From Deferribacterales bacterium (GTDB taxonomy: Bacteria > Chrysiogenota > Deferribacteres > Deferribacterales > Geovibrionaceae), in assembly GCA_050251945.1 (NCBI GenBank), contig JBFWLW010000001.1, positions 569,107-633,106 on the forward strand: DNA of 64,000 nt, given 5' to 3'. Shown piece by piece: positions 1-8,744 of this stretch (positions within the stretch are counted from its first letter, which is position 1; each line of letters begins with the position of its first letter). The notes below the pieces were generated by a model. It made no database searches and was not told where the DNA came from. It saw only the letters and a list, made by a program, of their open reading frames with translations. A program made the translations under genes and the position numbers.

Positions 1-908
1 ATCACACAACGTTCCAGCGATGAGTCGAAACTCATGTTTGCATGACAGAGTATATTTCTCGCTAACTCACATTTATCAGACGCTGTATTTAGAACTCCCC
101 CGCTGCCGCAACTCGAATTTGCCCACTCAGCATCACAGGTCGCCTGCGCCTGCGGGCAGAGATATCCGCCAGAGGTTCCCTCCGTACATTGGTATATTTC
201 AGTTGAGTCGGTGCAGAGATAGCATTTATCGGGATTATCAGTGCAATAAGAACTTATCATATCATCGGGTTCAACTTTCTCTGTTGGCATAGTCCCAGTA
301 ACACATCCAAGCTGTCCGTTGAATTCTACAAGAGCCGGATGGTTCATAGGCTGTCCGGAGTGTTCCCCGGTGTCACTCCATCTGCCTTCGCCATCCATCA
401 GAACCCAGTGTTCGCCGTAAACGGTAACGTTACCGATGTCGCTGCCGCTCACTGCGTTATCCGGCTGCCCAGAAGCCCAATTTCTGTGATTGAGCAAAGT
501 ACCGTCACGCCACTCAAAACGCGTGTCGCCTGTTGAACCCAGATTCTGGGTTTTGTCAGGATCGTACAACCCTATCCACGCCGATGAAGCTCCGCTGTAA
601 CTCACAATATGCTTCAGCAGTGTGTTTATATCTGCATTACGGACAATCGCTGAGGACTGAAAAGAAGTCCACGCCCCCTCGGTTTGCGTGAGCGCGTATG
701 TCGTATTTGTTGAATTGTCATAGACAAAGTTTTTATATGACGAGCTGCATGTGCCACCGGAAGAAACCAGCTCTGTACAGCTTTCAGCGCATTGAGACTC
801 GCAAAACGCCAGAGAATCATATGTTGCACCGTTATCCGAACAGAGCGCAGGCGCGCCGAACGAAACTGAGGCCCAAAGGAATATCAATAACAGTATGGAT
901 TTTTTCAT
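1..908 (-). CDS. Secreted Cys-rich protein with C-type lectin-like domain, TraN-like mating-pair stabilisation protein (partial, runs off left edge)
   Basis: Manually translated from ATG at 908 (TAATG overlap with upstream stop), open to the edge. MKKSILLIFLWASVSFG signal peptide; lectin motifs WIGL, FEWRDG, NWASGQPDN, WSD; many Cys; conjugation-gene context. Confidence 0.7.
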   Translation of the reverse strand, partial: MKKSILLLIFLWASVSFGAPALCSDNGATYDSLAFCESQCAESCTELVSSGGTCSSSYKNFVYDNSTNTTYALTQTEGAWTSFQSSAIVRNADINTLLKHIVSYSGASSAWIGLYDPDKTQNLGSTGDTRFEWRDGTLLNHRNWASGQPDNAVSGSDIGNVTVYGEHWVLMDGEGRWSDTGEHSGQPMNHPALVEFNGQLGCVTGTMPTEKVEPDDMISSYCTDNPDKCYLCTDSTEIYQCTEGTSGGYLCPQAQATCDAEWANSSCGSGGVLNTASDKCELARNILCHANMSFDSSLERCV

Positions 909-2626
909 TAGCTCTCCTCCCCGTATTTCGGCTTGACTGTTACGATTTCTTTAAGGATGCCGCTTTTTCGGCTCTCAAGTTCTGATACATCCCCGAACGC
1001 CTCGGAGACCAAAGGAGTATAAAATGCTTTCTTAAATGAAGAGCCGTCTTTAAATTCAACGGTAAATGGTGCGGAGAAATAGCCGTTTTTAATCAAACCA
1101 TCGGCGATGAGCCTGCGTTCACGGAGCATCTCCGTTACAGTAAAAAGATAATTACGCCGCTGATCCTGATCCGCATCGGCAAGAAGGACTTCCTCATGAA
1201 ATGATTCCCTTGAGAGCTTTTTCAGGATTTTCCAAAGTAGGTCAGTTTGAAAATAAACAACATTATCCGGCATACTGAAAGCGTCAAAACGTTTTCCGTT
1301 TATAACGTTAATCTTGCTGTCCAGTTCAACAATGAACTTATCAATATCAAGCCAGGACAGTTCTGCCTCTGAAGGTCGCTTTTCGTCTTGTGTTTCCACT
1401 ACCGTGCCAAAAATTCTATCAGACTGCTGAGACTGCTTGTTATGTTCTTGTGGCGCATACACGTCTGCTACATCAAGCTGCGGAAGAACCGAAGCAAGTT
1501 CCTTTCTCCTGGCATTTCTGTCTGCTTCTCGCAGCAGATCTGCTAACTCTCCCCCGCCGGTTCTGTGATGACTTAAAATAGCCGTCTCAACATCAGTTTT
1601 ATATGAAAGCTCCGAAAAACCTTCTATCCCGTTCAGAAGCAAAACCGATATCCGTGGATGGTCCCCCATTGAATACATGGCCTTGTCCAGTGCCTCTGAC
1701 TTACCGATATCATGCCCAAACGCAGCAAGCAGAAGCTGTGCAGAATATGCTCCGGGATTTTTAACAAGTTTAAGGACCTCTTCTGCAACATTCAGAGAAT
1801 GCCGCCAAAGATACACTTTTGAGAGAGCAGCATATGTGGACGGCTCTGAATACGGATTTACGTCCGTGCTACGGTTAACAACAGATGGACAGTCGCCCTT
1901 TTCATCAAGCAGCCTCATCACAGCTTCAATGATTTTTTCAGCCGGTAATCCAGCAACGTGATTCTTATAGAACAGAGTGAAATCATATTTATTAAAAACT
2001 ATTTCCGCTTGTTTTTGTATTTGCTCCGGTTTGTTTTCTGTCAGGTTGCGGATATCCGCGACCTGCTTTTTTCCTGTCCATAGACCTGAAAGCGTTTCCA
2101 GAGCTATCTGCTGTTTGTCTTCTTTTTTTTTGATTTCAGCTTTAGGATTTGCAATCACGATTATGATGAACAAAATTGTCAAAGAAAACCAAACGGGGCA
2201 AAATCCATTAAAGACCCCTGCAATAAAAATCACCCCAATCATAATGCCGGCAAAGACAACCTCGGATATCTTTCCAGTTCTTGCCTCTTTAAGACCGTAA
2301 CCGGCTTTCAGAGGATTGATGAACGGAACGCCCGATACAGTTAAAGCGTCCGCATAAATATGCAGGAGAGCGCCGATTAAAAAGAAATAAACAAAAGACA
2401 TGCCGAAATATGCGGAAATCAGAATTGAAAATATATAAATAAGCCACCAATGGCTTGTTTTACGATGAACTTTTTTCCAAAGAGTTTCATTGCCCATGGA
2501 GATAAACCTGTCGATAACATCAGGCAGAACAGACCCTGCCGTAAGTGCGCCTATTATCGCAAAATCATATTTTGCCGTTGCAAAGCCATAAACGGCGCCG
2601 ATAGCAATGTGACTTTTCCATTTCAT
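908..2626 (-). CDS. Fusion of YdjM-like membrane metal-dependent hydrolase (N-term) and HD-domain protein, putative MOBH-like relaxase
   Basis: N-term SH..LPDVID..HRKTSH..HIYADALTVSGVP with hydrophobic helices; C-term RHSLNVA..GHDIGK..SHH..EAD; adjacent to coupling protein. Confidence 0.65.
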   Translation of the reverse strand: MKWKSHIAIGAVYGFATAKYDFAIIGALTAGSVLPDVIDRFISMGNETLWKKVHRKTSHWWLIYIFSILISAYFGMSFVYFFLIGALLHIYADALTVSGVPFINPLKAGYGLKEARTGKISEVVFAGIMIGVIFIAGVFNGFCPVWFSLTILFIIIVIANPKAEIKKKEDKQQIALETLSGLWTGKKQVADIRNLTENKPEQIQKQAEIVFNKYDFTLFYKNHVAGLPAEKIIEAVMRLLDEKGDCPSVVNRSTDVNPYSEPSTYAALSKVYLWRHSLNVAEEVLKLVKNPGAYSAQLLLAAFGHDIGKSEALDKAMYSMGDHPRISVLLLNGIEGFSELSYKTDVETAILSHHRTGGGELADLLREADRNARRKELASVLPQLDVADVYAPQEHNKQSQQSDRIFGTVVETQDEKRPSEAELSWLDIDKFIVELDSKINVINGKRFDAFSMPDNVVYFQTDLLWKILKKLSRESFHEEVLLADADQDQRRNYLFTVTEMLRERRLIADGLIKNGYFSAPFTVEFKDGSSFKKAFYTPLVSEAFGDVSELESRKSGILKEIVTVKPKYGEES

Positions 2627-3927
2627 ACTTCTGCCCTCGGATAAACTACATCAATGTACAAGTCGCTTACTGCGTTGGTTTTACCGAAATATGCTCCATC
2701 GTAGTTGAGCATAAAAAACTCACGGCGCCCCAGGTTCAAAACATCCTCAACCTTCAACACATCTGCTTCAGTCTCTCTGATGTTCAACACTCCGGACGTA
2801 CTCATCATGCTCGTCATCTGCTTTTCAACTCCGAAATGGCGGCAAACGTATTCTGCAGTTTCAGAGTCCGGTACCCGCATGAATCCTTTGTTGTTTGTGT
2901 TGTCGAGAATTGAATTGCCAAAACTCCTGTCAAGCATGGCGTAGATCTGGTTGACACTCTGACAGAACCCAAAAAGCTGGACATTTGCACCGCCAGCTTT
3001 CGCAAAGAAATCGTCAATGCCCTTATAAAGAACGTTTTGAGCTTCATCCATGATGATCTGAAGAGTTGGCTGCACTTTTCTTCCTGAAGAAAAAATACGA
3101 CCGGTATAAGCCTGAAGCATAGAAATCAGAACCTTGCCGACCGTGAACGCCGCTTTCCTTGTTATCAATGAACCGACCTGCGCAACAAGGATTACGCCTT
3201 TACCACTCTCCAGTTTGTCTATAACAGGATTGCCGCGCGCATGTCCGATGACCTGTCCAATGTTACCGGATGTCAGCTCCATCAGCGCAACACGAAGAGA
3301 ACTGGAAACTTTGTTGTAATAATCCTGTCCGGAGTCCACTATTTTTTTGAGATCCGCAGCGAGCTGACGTGTGCTGTCATCGCCCGCTATCGTCTCAACT
3401 TTTTTCTGCAAAGTCTCAAGATCATGGTGAGACACAACGTCTTTGACATCGTTAAAGTTAAATCTCTCCCCGTATTCCTTTTTCGTAAGTACCATGAACG
3501 CCTGCACGATCATCAGAGACGTTTCATAAGCAACGTTGAAAAAGAAGGGCTCTTTTCCGACCTCGATACCGGCTATAAGGTGTCCGACAAGTTCCTCGAT
3601 CATGTAGTAATGTTCAAGCGGGTTCAGTTGGATGCTGTATTGTGGAAAAATCGGGGATAACAGCATTAAATCATCTTCGCGTTTGGCTTCCAGCGCCACC
3701 TGCGTTATCTTGCTGAAAAGTTCAACATCACCTTTCGGATCAATAATAACAACCGAATAACCTTTATTGATACTCTGCTCAACGATGTTCTCTATCATGC
3801 GGGTCTTACCAACCCGTGTGGTACCAAAACACCAAAAATGACCGGAAAGATCAGCATCATTGATTGCGATATCTATTTCTTTGTCCCGCTGGACAAGTCT
3901 GTGTCCGCGTCCGATATACGTCTTCAT
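2623..3927 (-). CDS. traD: Type IV coupling protein (TraD-like ATPase)
   Basis: Walker A GTTRVGKT, IIDPKGD, Walker B IIMDEA, QS motif, TraD-like C-terminus. Confidence 0.85.
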   Translation of the reverse strand: MKTYIGRGHRLVQRDKEIDIAINDADLSGHFWCFGTTRVGKTRMIENIVEQSINKGYSVVIIDPKGDVELFSKITQVALEAKREDDLMLLSPIFPQYSIQLNPLEHYYMIEELVGHLIAGIEVGKEPFFFNVAYETSLMIVQAFMVLTKKEYGERFNFNDVKDVVSHHDLETLQKKVETIAGDDSTRQLAADLKKIVDSGQDYYNKVSSSLRVALMELTSGNIGQVIGHARGNPVIDKLESGKGVILVAQVGSLITRKAAFTVGKVLISMLQAYTGRIFSSGRKVQPTLQIIMDEAQNVLYKGIDDFFAKAGGANVQLFGFCQSVNQIYAMLDRSFGNSILDNTNNKGFMRVPDSETAEYVCRHFGVEKQMTSMMSTSGVLNIRETEADVLKVEDVLNLGRREFFMLNYDGAYFGKTNAVSDLYIDVVYPRAEV

Positions 3928-4616
3928 TTGCCATACCTCACTATGACACGTTCTTTAAGCTCATTAGCCGTAAAGACTATATGTGCTTTAGGAATATACT
4001 TTTCCGTCTGCACAAGGCTTCTTGCGCCTGATATCCGATGGACACAGCTCACAGTGCTCCCCTGAAGCCGGAACAATTCGTCCACAAGACGCTCTGTTGT
4101 ACGGCTCAGGATAAAGCATACCTCTCTGTCCTTTTCAGAAAGCCCCGTCACATGAAACCAAAGTGTTTGTCCGTGAACGTAAGTATTGCGTTCGTGGACC
4201 GGAGTGCTGCGCACTGAACAATAAGCGGGAATACGGATACCTTCTGACGCTTCAGCGTAAAAAACTCCCACTTCCTGCTCATAACGCAGAAAAGAACAAT
4301 GGACAGCTGTACCCACAAACGGCTTTAAATATCTTTGCCTTGAAACGATAGCCTGTGCCTGAAATGCATTCTGAAGAGCTTTCGCCATGTGACGTAGGTC
4401 AGACCTGCGCAAAGAAAAGGTAGATTCTTTTCCACCAAAACCATTAGTTTGATATTTTCTGAGAACAAATCCACCCGACGCAAAATCGCAAACAACAGTA
4501 CAGCGGAGCTTGTGAGTATAAAACTGCTCCGCTGTCTGCCTGAGAATGCCTTTAATTTCATCCTCGCAAAGCCCGTATTTGAAAGCAATTTCATCAAAAT
4601 ATGCTTTCAGCCACAA
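3924..4616 (-). CDS. Divergent NusA-like protein (NTD, S1, KH1-like)
   Basis: Colinear with NusA by eye: EIAFKYGLCEDEI, YVHGQTLWFHV, ILSRT..LVDELF, RISGARS, ANELKERV. Confidence 0.6.
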   Translation of the reverse strand: MWLKAYFDEIAFKYGLCEDEIKGILRQTAEQFYTHKLRCTVVCDFASGGFVLRKYQTNGFGGKESTFSLRRSDLRHMAKALQNAFQAQAIVSRQRYLKPFVGTAVHCSFLRYEQEVGVFYAEASEGIRIPAYCSVRSTPVHERNTYVHGQTLWFHVTGLSEKDREVCFILSRTTERLVDELFRLQGSTVSCVHRISGARSLVQTEKYIPKAHIVFTANELKERVIVRYGK

Positions 4617-4852
4617 AGCTCAATTCTCCCCTGATTGCCGTCTTCCATTACGATAATGAGGATGTCGTCAAAAAATGCAGCGTAATCCCGATCGTCTTCT
4701 GCCTGAACAGCGACACGAAGGACAAGATCCTTCACGCTGTTCAGCGTTTTATTTGCTTCGTTAAGCTGCACGAAGGCGTTAATCGTGTTTTCGTTATAAT
4801 CAGCGTCATTCATGATGTTTTTCCGTTTTTTGTTTTTTCGTTTTTTTATCAC
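4607..4852 (-). CDS. Small hypothetical protein
   Basis: GTGA overlap with ssb stop and overlap with next gene; fills the operon gap; start uncertain. Confidence 0.45.
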   Translation of the reverse strand: MIKKRKNKKRKNIMNDADYNENTINAFVQLNEANKTLNSVKDLVLRVAVQAEDDRDYAAFFDDILIIVMEDGNQGRIELCG

Positions 4853-5280
4853 TCCGTTTTTTCATTTTTTGTTTGTTTTTTAGTTTTTTCGTTTGTGCCG
4901 CCATGGTCGGCATCAGGTTCGTCGAACGCGCCTTCAGCTTCGGAAGATGAGTTTGATTTCGGTTTTGAAAGCAGCTGAACGCTATCGGCAACTATGATGT
5001 GCTTTGACTGTGTTTTTCCGTCTTTTTCCCAAACCTTATAGTCAATTTCTCCTAAAATAATGACTTGGCGACCTTTGGTCAGGTGCTTGTGCATGGCTTC
5101 GCCATATTCACGCCAGACCTCAACGTCGATGTATATAGGTTTTTCTTTGTCTTTATCTTTGTTGGGACGCGTTGTCGCAAGAGTAAAAGAACACACCGCG
5201 ATGTCGCTGCCAGGGAGAAAACGAAGATCTGAGTCCTTCGTCAGGTTGCCAAGGATTATAAGTTGATTCACATAAGCCAT
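4849..5280 (-). CDS. ssb: Single-stranded DNA-binding protein (element-encoded)
   Basis: NQLIILGNLTKD..LRF..KGRQVII.G.I..W OB-fold; GGAGG RBS before ATG 5280. Confidence 0.9.
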   Translation of the reverse strand: MAYVNQLIILGNLTKDSDLRFLPGSDIAVCSFTLATTRPNKDKDKEKPIYIDVEVWREYGEAMHKHLTKGRQVIILGEIDYKVWEKDGKTQSKHIIVADSVQLLSKPKSNSSSEAEGAFDEPDADHGGTNEKTKKQTKNEKTE

Positions 5281-5350
5281 AATACCCTCCAGTGAGTTTC
5301 TAGGATAGAAATGACAGGTGGGGTAAATTAACACATGAGAAGAGAATTAC

Positions 5351-5369
5351 AGTGACCAAATAGTGACCA
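5351..5369. repeat. AGTGACCA direct repeat (11-bp period), candidate integrase arm-type sites
   Basis: Copies at 5351-5358 and 5362-5369, just upstream of the conjugation operon. Confidence 0.45.
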
Positions 5370-5496
5370 TAACTCACAAAAACAAGCAAAGATGAGCAAA
5401 TATAATGATTCTATAATATTTGCCTGTATTAGATATTTACGAATTTAAGGCAATCATTCTTTACGGCAGGAGGCCGGCCTTCCTTTTATATATCAT

Positions 5497-5528
5497 AAGA
5501 TGACGCCGACGTACACCGGCGCCATCTT
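5497..5528 (-). terminator. Hairpin downstream of lipase gene
   Basis: AAGATGACGCCG...CGGCGCCATCTT inverted repeat. Confidence 0.55.
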
Positions 5529-5554
5529 GAACCGACAAATCTGAATCACTCAAT

Positions 5555-7630
5555 TTAATTAGCGATAGCCCTTCTTATCTGACTGCAAAAATCCGCTATA
5601 TACTGTTTCACAAGATTACGCCTGTCACCTGAGATGACGCCGTATGCGACCGCCTGATCAAGAAGCTGGTTTGTGCTGCTTACGGCAAGCTGTTCCAGCC
5701 CGGCGCCAAGTCTGTTCTTCTGATCCTGATCCGGCGCTCTGTCCTGATAAATGGAAACAAACAAATCTTCCTTGTCCGAAGCAAACCTGATCAACAGACT
5801 TTCGAGCTCTTTCTCCGCTTGCGGATACTGTGCCAGCAGAGAGTCAAGGTTGCTTATTCCGAATACGTTTATAAGTATGTAGCGCCATGCCTGCAATTCA
5901 TAAGGAAAAGGGTTTCTGACAGCCGCCAAAGCCATTTCATACGTGCTTCTGGATTCATCGTAAACTGACGAACTCTCAACAAACGCCTTGGTCAGCAGGT
6001 CAATGAACGCTTTCTTCCCGAAGCCGAATTTACCGTAGATTATCGCCGCGTGAGCATCGCCCGATGAGCTGACTGAATCCGGAGCCTGTCCTGAAGACGC
6101 CAGAAGGAGTCTGTTTGCGGCGGAATGACTGCATCCGTTGAACTTGTTATATACTCCGGCGCAGTAATCCGAAGAAACGTTAGGCTGCTGTAACATATTC
6201 AGCAGTGATTTTGAAACCTGAACAGAAGCAAAAGCTCTCGCCATACCGGATTTGTAGTCAGGATTGAAACATGGCCAATAGTTTTCGGAAGAAACATCTT
6301 TTAATCCGACACATTTTACATAAGGTATGAAATCATCCTTAACGTATTCATATCCGAGAACGTTCATCAGTTCAAAAGATTTAAGAACTGCCGTTGTGTT
6401 CAGATACAAGACCATGCACTCCATCAGGTCTTTTATGCCGTGTCCGTTGTGCGTCGATTTCGGCAAAGTGACAAGACAGCCGAGCTTTCCTCCGAAGGTT
6501 GAAACGGGGTCATAGGCTGTCATAAATATCTCTATATTATTTTTCGACTGCCCCATTCTGTCGCTTTTAAGATGGATCATGGAAATTTCCGAAAGCCCCG
6601 CTGGATTATACCCGAAACCGGACATGCGGCTGATATTTCCCGATGCGTTTGCCGTCAGAGAAAACTGAGTAAGCCCGCCGCCAAGGGAATGTCCCGTGAC
6701 ATAAAAATTTTTACCGGGGTAGCTGTCCAGAATTATTTTGAGCAGCCCGGCAGCTTTCAGATAAAGCAGACTGGGTGCGGAAAGCTGCTCGATATCCGCA
6801 TACACCATATCAAGACTGTCCGTACCGGAAAATGACACGACAAGATTATTATCTTTTTTGCCGAGCCACGCCCTGAGCCCGCGGGAACTGGTGATAAGTC
6901 CTTTGGTCTCGTCGTATACTGGCTGGAGATATGACGGCAGTTCCGCTTTCTTCAAATTCACATATCCGCCGCTTTTTGAAGCGTCTATTCCGGAATAGGC
7001 AAAATCAGCGAACGTCAGCATGAGAGAAGCCATCGGCTTGTCAATATTTGTTCGCTTCACCTGATAGAAAAGAGCCGCCTCAAGCTGTGCCGCCGCTATA
7101 TTAAGAATTTCCGGTTCAAAAACCCTTGTGAAAAAATCCTGAATGGCGGTGAAACAACCCTGAATGAGACCTCTGTATTGCGGCAGCAGAACGTCGCCTG
7201 CCTGCGCAAGATACCTGCCCGCTATATCATCATCAGAAGATATCCCGAACCACTCCTTAAGGTCGTCAACAACGTCCCTTATCCTGCTTATTGAGTGAAA
7301 AAGAAGTCCCAGAACTCCCTGAAGCATCTGCGGACGGTTCACTTCCCTTCTGCAAAGATCAAGTATCGCCTGTTCTTCCGGAAGAAGTGAAAATCCCGAG
7401 CGTATCTTGTCTTCAAACATCTCAATAGCGACGGTATAGGTCTGTTTTATAATAAGAACCGCGTCGCTCTGGGAAACACTGGACGGATTTTTCAAATACT
7501 GCTGTTCCAGATCCTTTATCTTTTTAAGCACATCGTCAATTTCTGACGACGCTTTCAGATACATACTGTCACTCAACATCGGCACTGCCTTAAGCAGACC
7601 GCGTTTTATTGGTAAATATAATTTTTCCAT
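5555..7630 (-). CDS. Class-3 lipase / alpha-beta hydrolase domain protein with C-terminal domain paralogous to the upstream gene
   Basis: SFSGTD, VTGHSLGGGL, YNPAG, DPVS, HGI triad motifs; GGAGG RBS. Confidence 0.8.
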   Translation of the reverse strand: MEKLYLPIKRGLLKAVPMLSDSMYLKASSEIDDVLKKIKDLEQQYLKNPSSVSQSDAVLIIKQTYTVAIEMFEDKIRSGFSLLPEEQAILDLCRREVNRPQMLQGVLGLLFHSISRIRDVVDDLKEWFGISSDDDIAGRYLAQAGDVLLPQYRGLIQGCFTAIQDFFTRVFEPEILNIAAAQLEAALFYQVKRTNIDKPMASLMLTFADFAYSGIDASKSGGYVNLKKAELPSYLQPVYDETKGLITSSRGLRAWLGKKDNNLVVSFSGTDSLDMVYADIEQLSAPSLLYLKAAGLLKIILDSYPGKNFYVTGHSLGGGLTQFSLTANASGNISRMSGFGYNPAGLSEISMIHLKSDRMGQSKNNIEIFMTAYDPVSTFGGKLGCLVTLPKSTHNGHGIKDLMECMVLYLNTTAVLKSFELMNVLGYEYVKDDFIPYVKCVGLKDVSSENYWPCFNPDYKSGMARAFASVQVSKSLLNMLQQPNVSSDYCAGVYNKFNGCSHSAANRLLLASSGQAPDSVSSSGDAHAAIIYGKFGFGKKAFIDLLTKAFVESSSVYDESRSTYEMALAAVRNPFPYELQAWRYILINVFGISNLDSLLAQYPQAEKELESLLIRFASDKEDLFVSIYQDRAPDQDQKNRLGAGLEQLAVSSTNQLLDQAVAYGVISGDRRNLVKQYIADFCSQIRRAIAN

Positions 7631-7642
7631 AAAATACCTCCG

Positions 7643-8506
7643 TTAAAGCATATTGCCCCTTTCCACATGCAGAGCCATTGCGCGAACGCTCTGTATATAT
7701 CTGTCAAGAAACGCGGAGATGCGGTTGATATATGTGCTTCTGTCCGATTCGCTGATATAGTGTATAGTGCTGAGCCAGTTCAGATAATCCGAAGTGTGCT
7801 GAATAATGGTCGTTTTGATTTTATTCTGCACCCCGTGCTGGTCAAGTCTGCCTGCAAGATAGTCCGAATAGATCGCTTCTCTTGCCGTCACATAAGCCTG
7901 CAAACGCTGTCTGGCTATGGCAAGCCCTGCCTGAGGGCTTTTCGCAAGAATACCGTCTACGTCTATTCCCGCCTCTTCAATGGCAATTTTGCGCCATGCC
8001 AGAAGTTCGTCGTCAATATAACTGCTGAGCCTGTTCATCACTGTGTTATATGCATTCTGATTATCGGTGTAGCCTGCCGTAACAGTATTGTAAGCCGTCA
8101 CCAGAAGCTGCCTGAGCTGATCAAGCCCCATTCCGTATTTTCCGAAGAAAAACACCGCATACTCGTCTTTTGCCGCCTGCCGCACGTCGGCGGAAGCATC
8201 GCAAACAAGCAGCTCTCTGTTGGCGAGGGTGTGACACACACCGTTCACGCAAAAATGTATTCCACCCCTAGAGCCTTCCGTGCCGGGCGGAACGTAAGTC
8301 ATCAGCCACTCCTTATAACAGTTTACGGTTGCAACTAGTGTTTTCGGATCCGAAGTACCCCAGCCCCTTCCGAAATTTGTCCATTGGATGCTTCTGTCGC
8401 TCTTGCTCACCACAAAAGAGTGGGTTGAGTTGGGAACGACATAAGCTGAATCCAGAGAGTACGCCTCGACTGTCATCAAGCTTATTCCGGGTTTATCACC
8501 ACCCAT
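7643..8506 (-). CDS. Hypothetical protein with His...NGVCHxxANR motif (possible permuted papain-like thiol enzyme)
   Basis: AAGGAGG RBS before ATG 8506; 12-bp gap to lipase gene; THSF and NGVCHTLANR motifs. Confidence 0.7.
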   Translation of the reverse strand: MGGDKPGISLMTVEAYSLDSAYVVPNSTHSFVVSKSDRSIQWTNFGRGWGTSDPKTLVATVNCYKEWLMTYVPPGTEGSRGGIHFCVNGVCHTLANRELLVCDASADVRQAAKDEYAVFFFGKYGMGLDQLRQLLVTAYNTVTAGYTDNQNAYNTVMNRLSSYIDDELLAWRKIAIEEAGIDVDGILAKSPQAGLAIARQRLQAYVTAREAIYSDYLAGRLDQHGVQNKIKTTIIQHTSDYLNWLSTIHYISESDRSTYINRISAFLDRYIQSVRAMALHVERGNML

Positions 8507-8660
8507 GCTGAACCTCCTTAAACAATAAGATATTAAATCATACCCACCTGTTAAATTAATTGTCAAACAGAAAACATTTCTTCATGATCAGCACATATGT
8601 TCACCATGCAATTAATGTGGTTTTTTTCAATTACTTGAGTATTGTGATTTGACTGATAAA

Positions 8661-8706
8661 AAAAGCCGACTCGCCTTTTTTATAAAAAGGTCTCCAGTCG
8701 GCTTTT
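8661..8706. terminator. Intrinsic terminator
   Basis: AAAAGCCGACT...AGTCGGCTTTT inverted repeat. Confidence 0.7.
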
Positions 8707-8744
8707 GAAAGGCTATTGAAACAAATATTAAGCGGTTTAAGGAA

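Larger units (their letters stand above)
1..5485 (-). mobile_element. End of putative integrative conjugative element (continues beyond left edge)
   Basis: Coupled ssb-traD-relaxase-like-traN-like operon plus arm-type direct repeats at 5351-5369; boundary approximate. Confidence 0.7.

Noticed and set aside
20..985. Short ORFs listed in the track in the first kb
   Set aside because: Shadows of the long minus-strand frame starting at 908
2123..2131. T9 homopolymer as a phase-variation site or frameshift creating the YdjM-HD fusion
   Set aside because: The frame is open and sensible (KKKE after a TM helix), and no alternative start or RBS was seen; only reads could test it
5455..5485. tRNA fragment as the att core
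   Set aside because: Only vague likeness to an anticodon arm; no T-arm or CCA end
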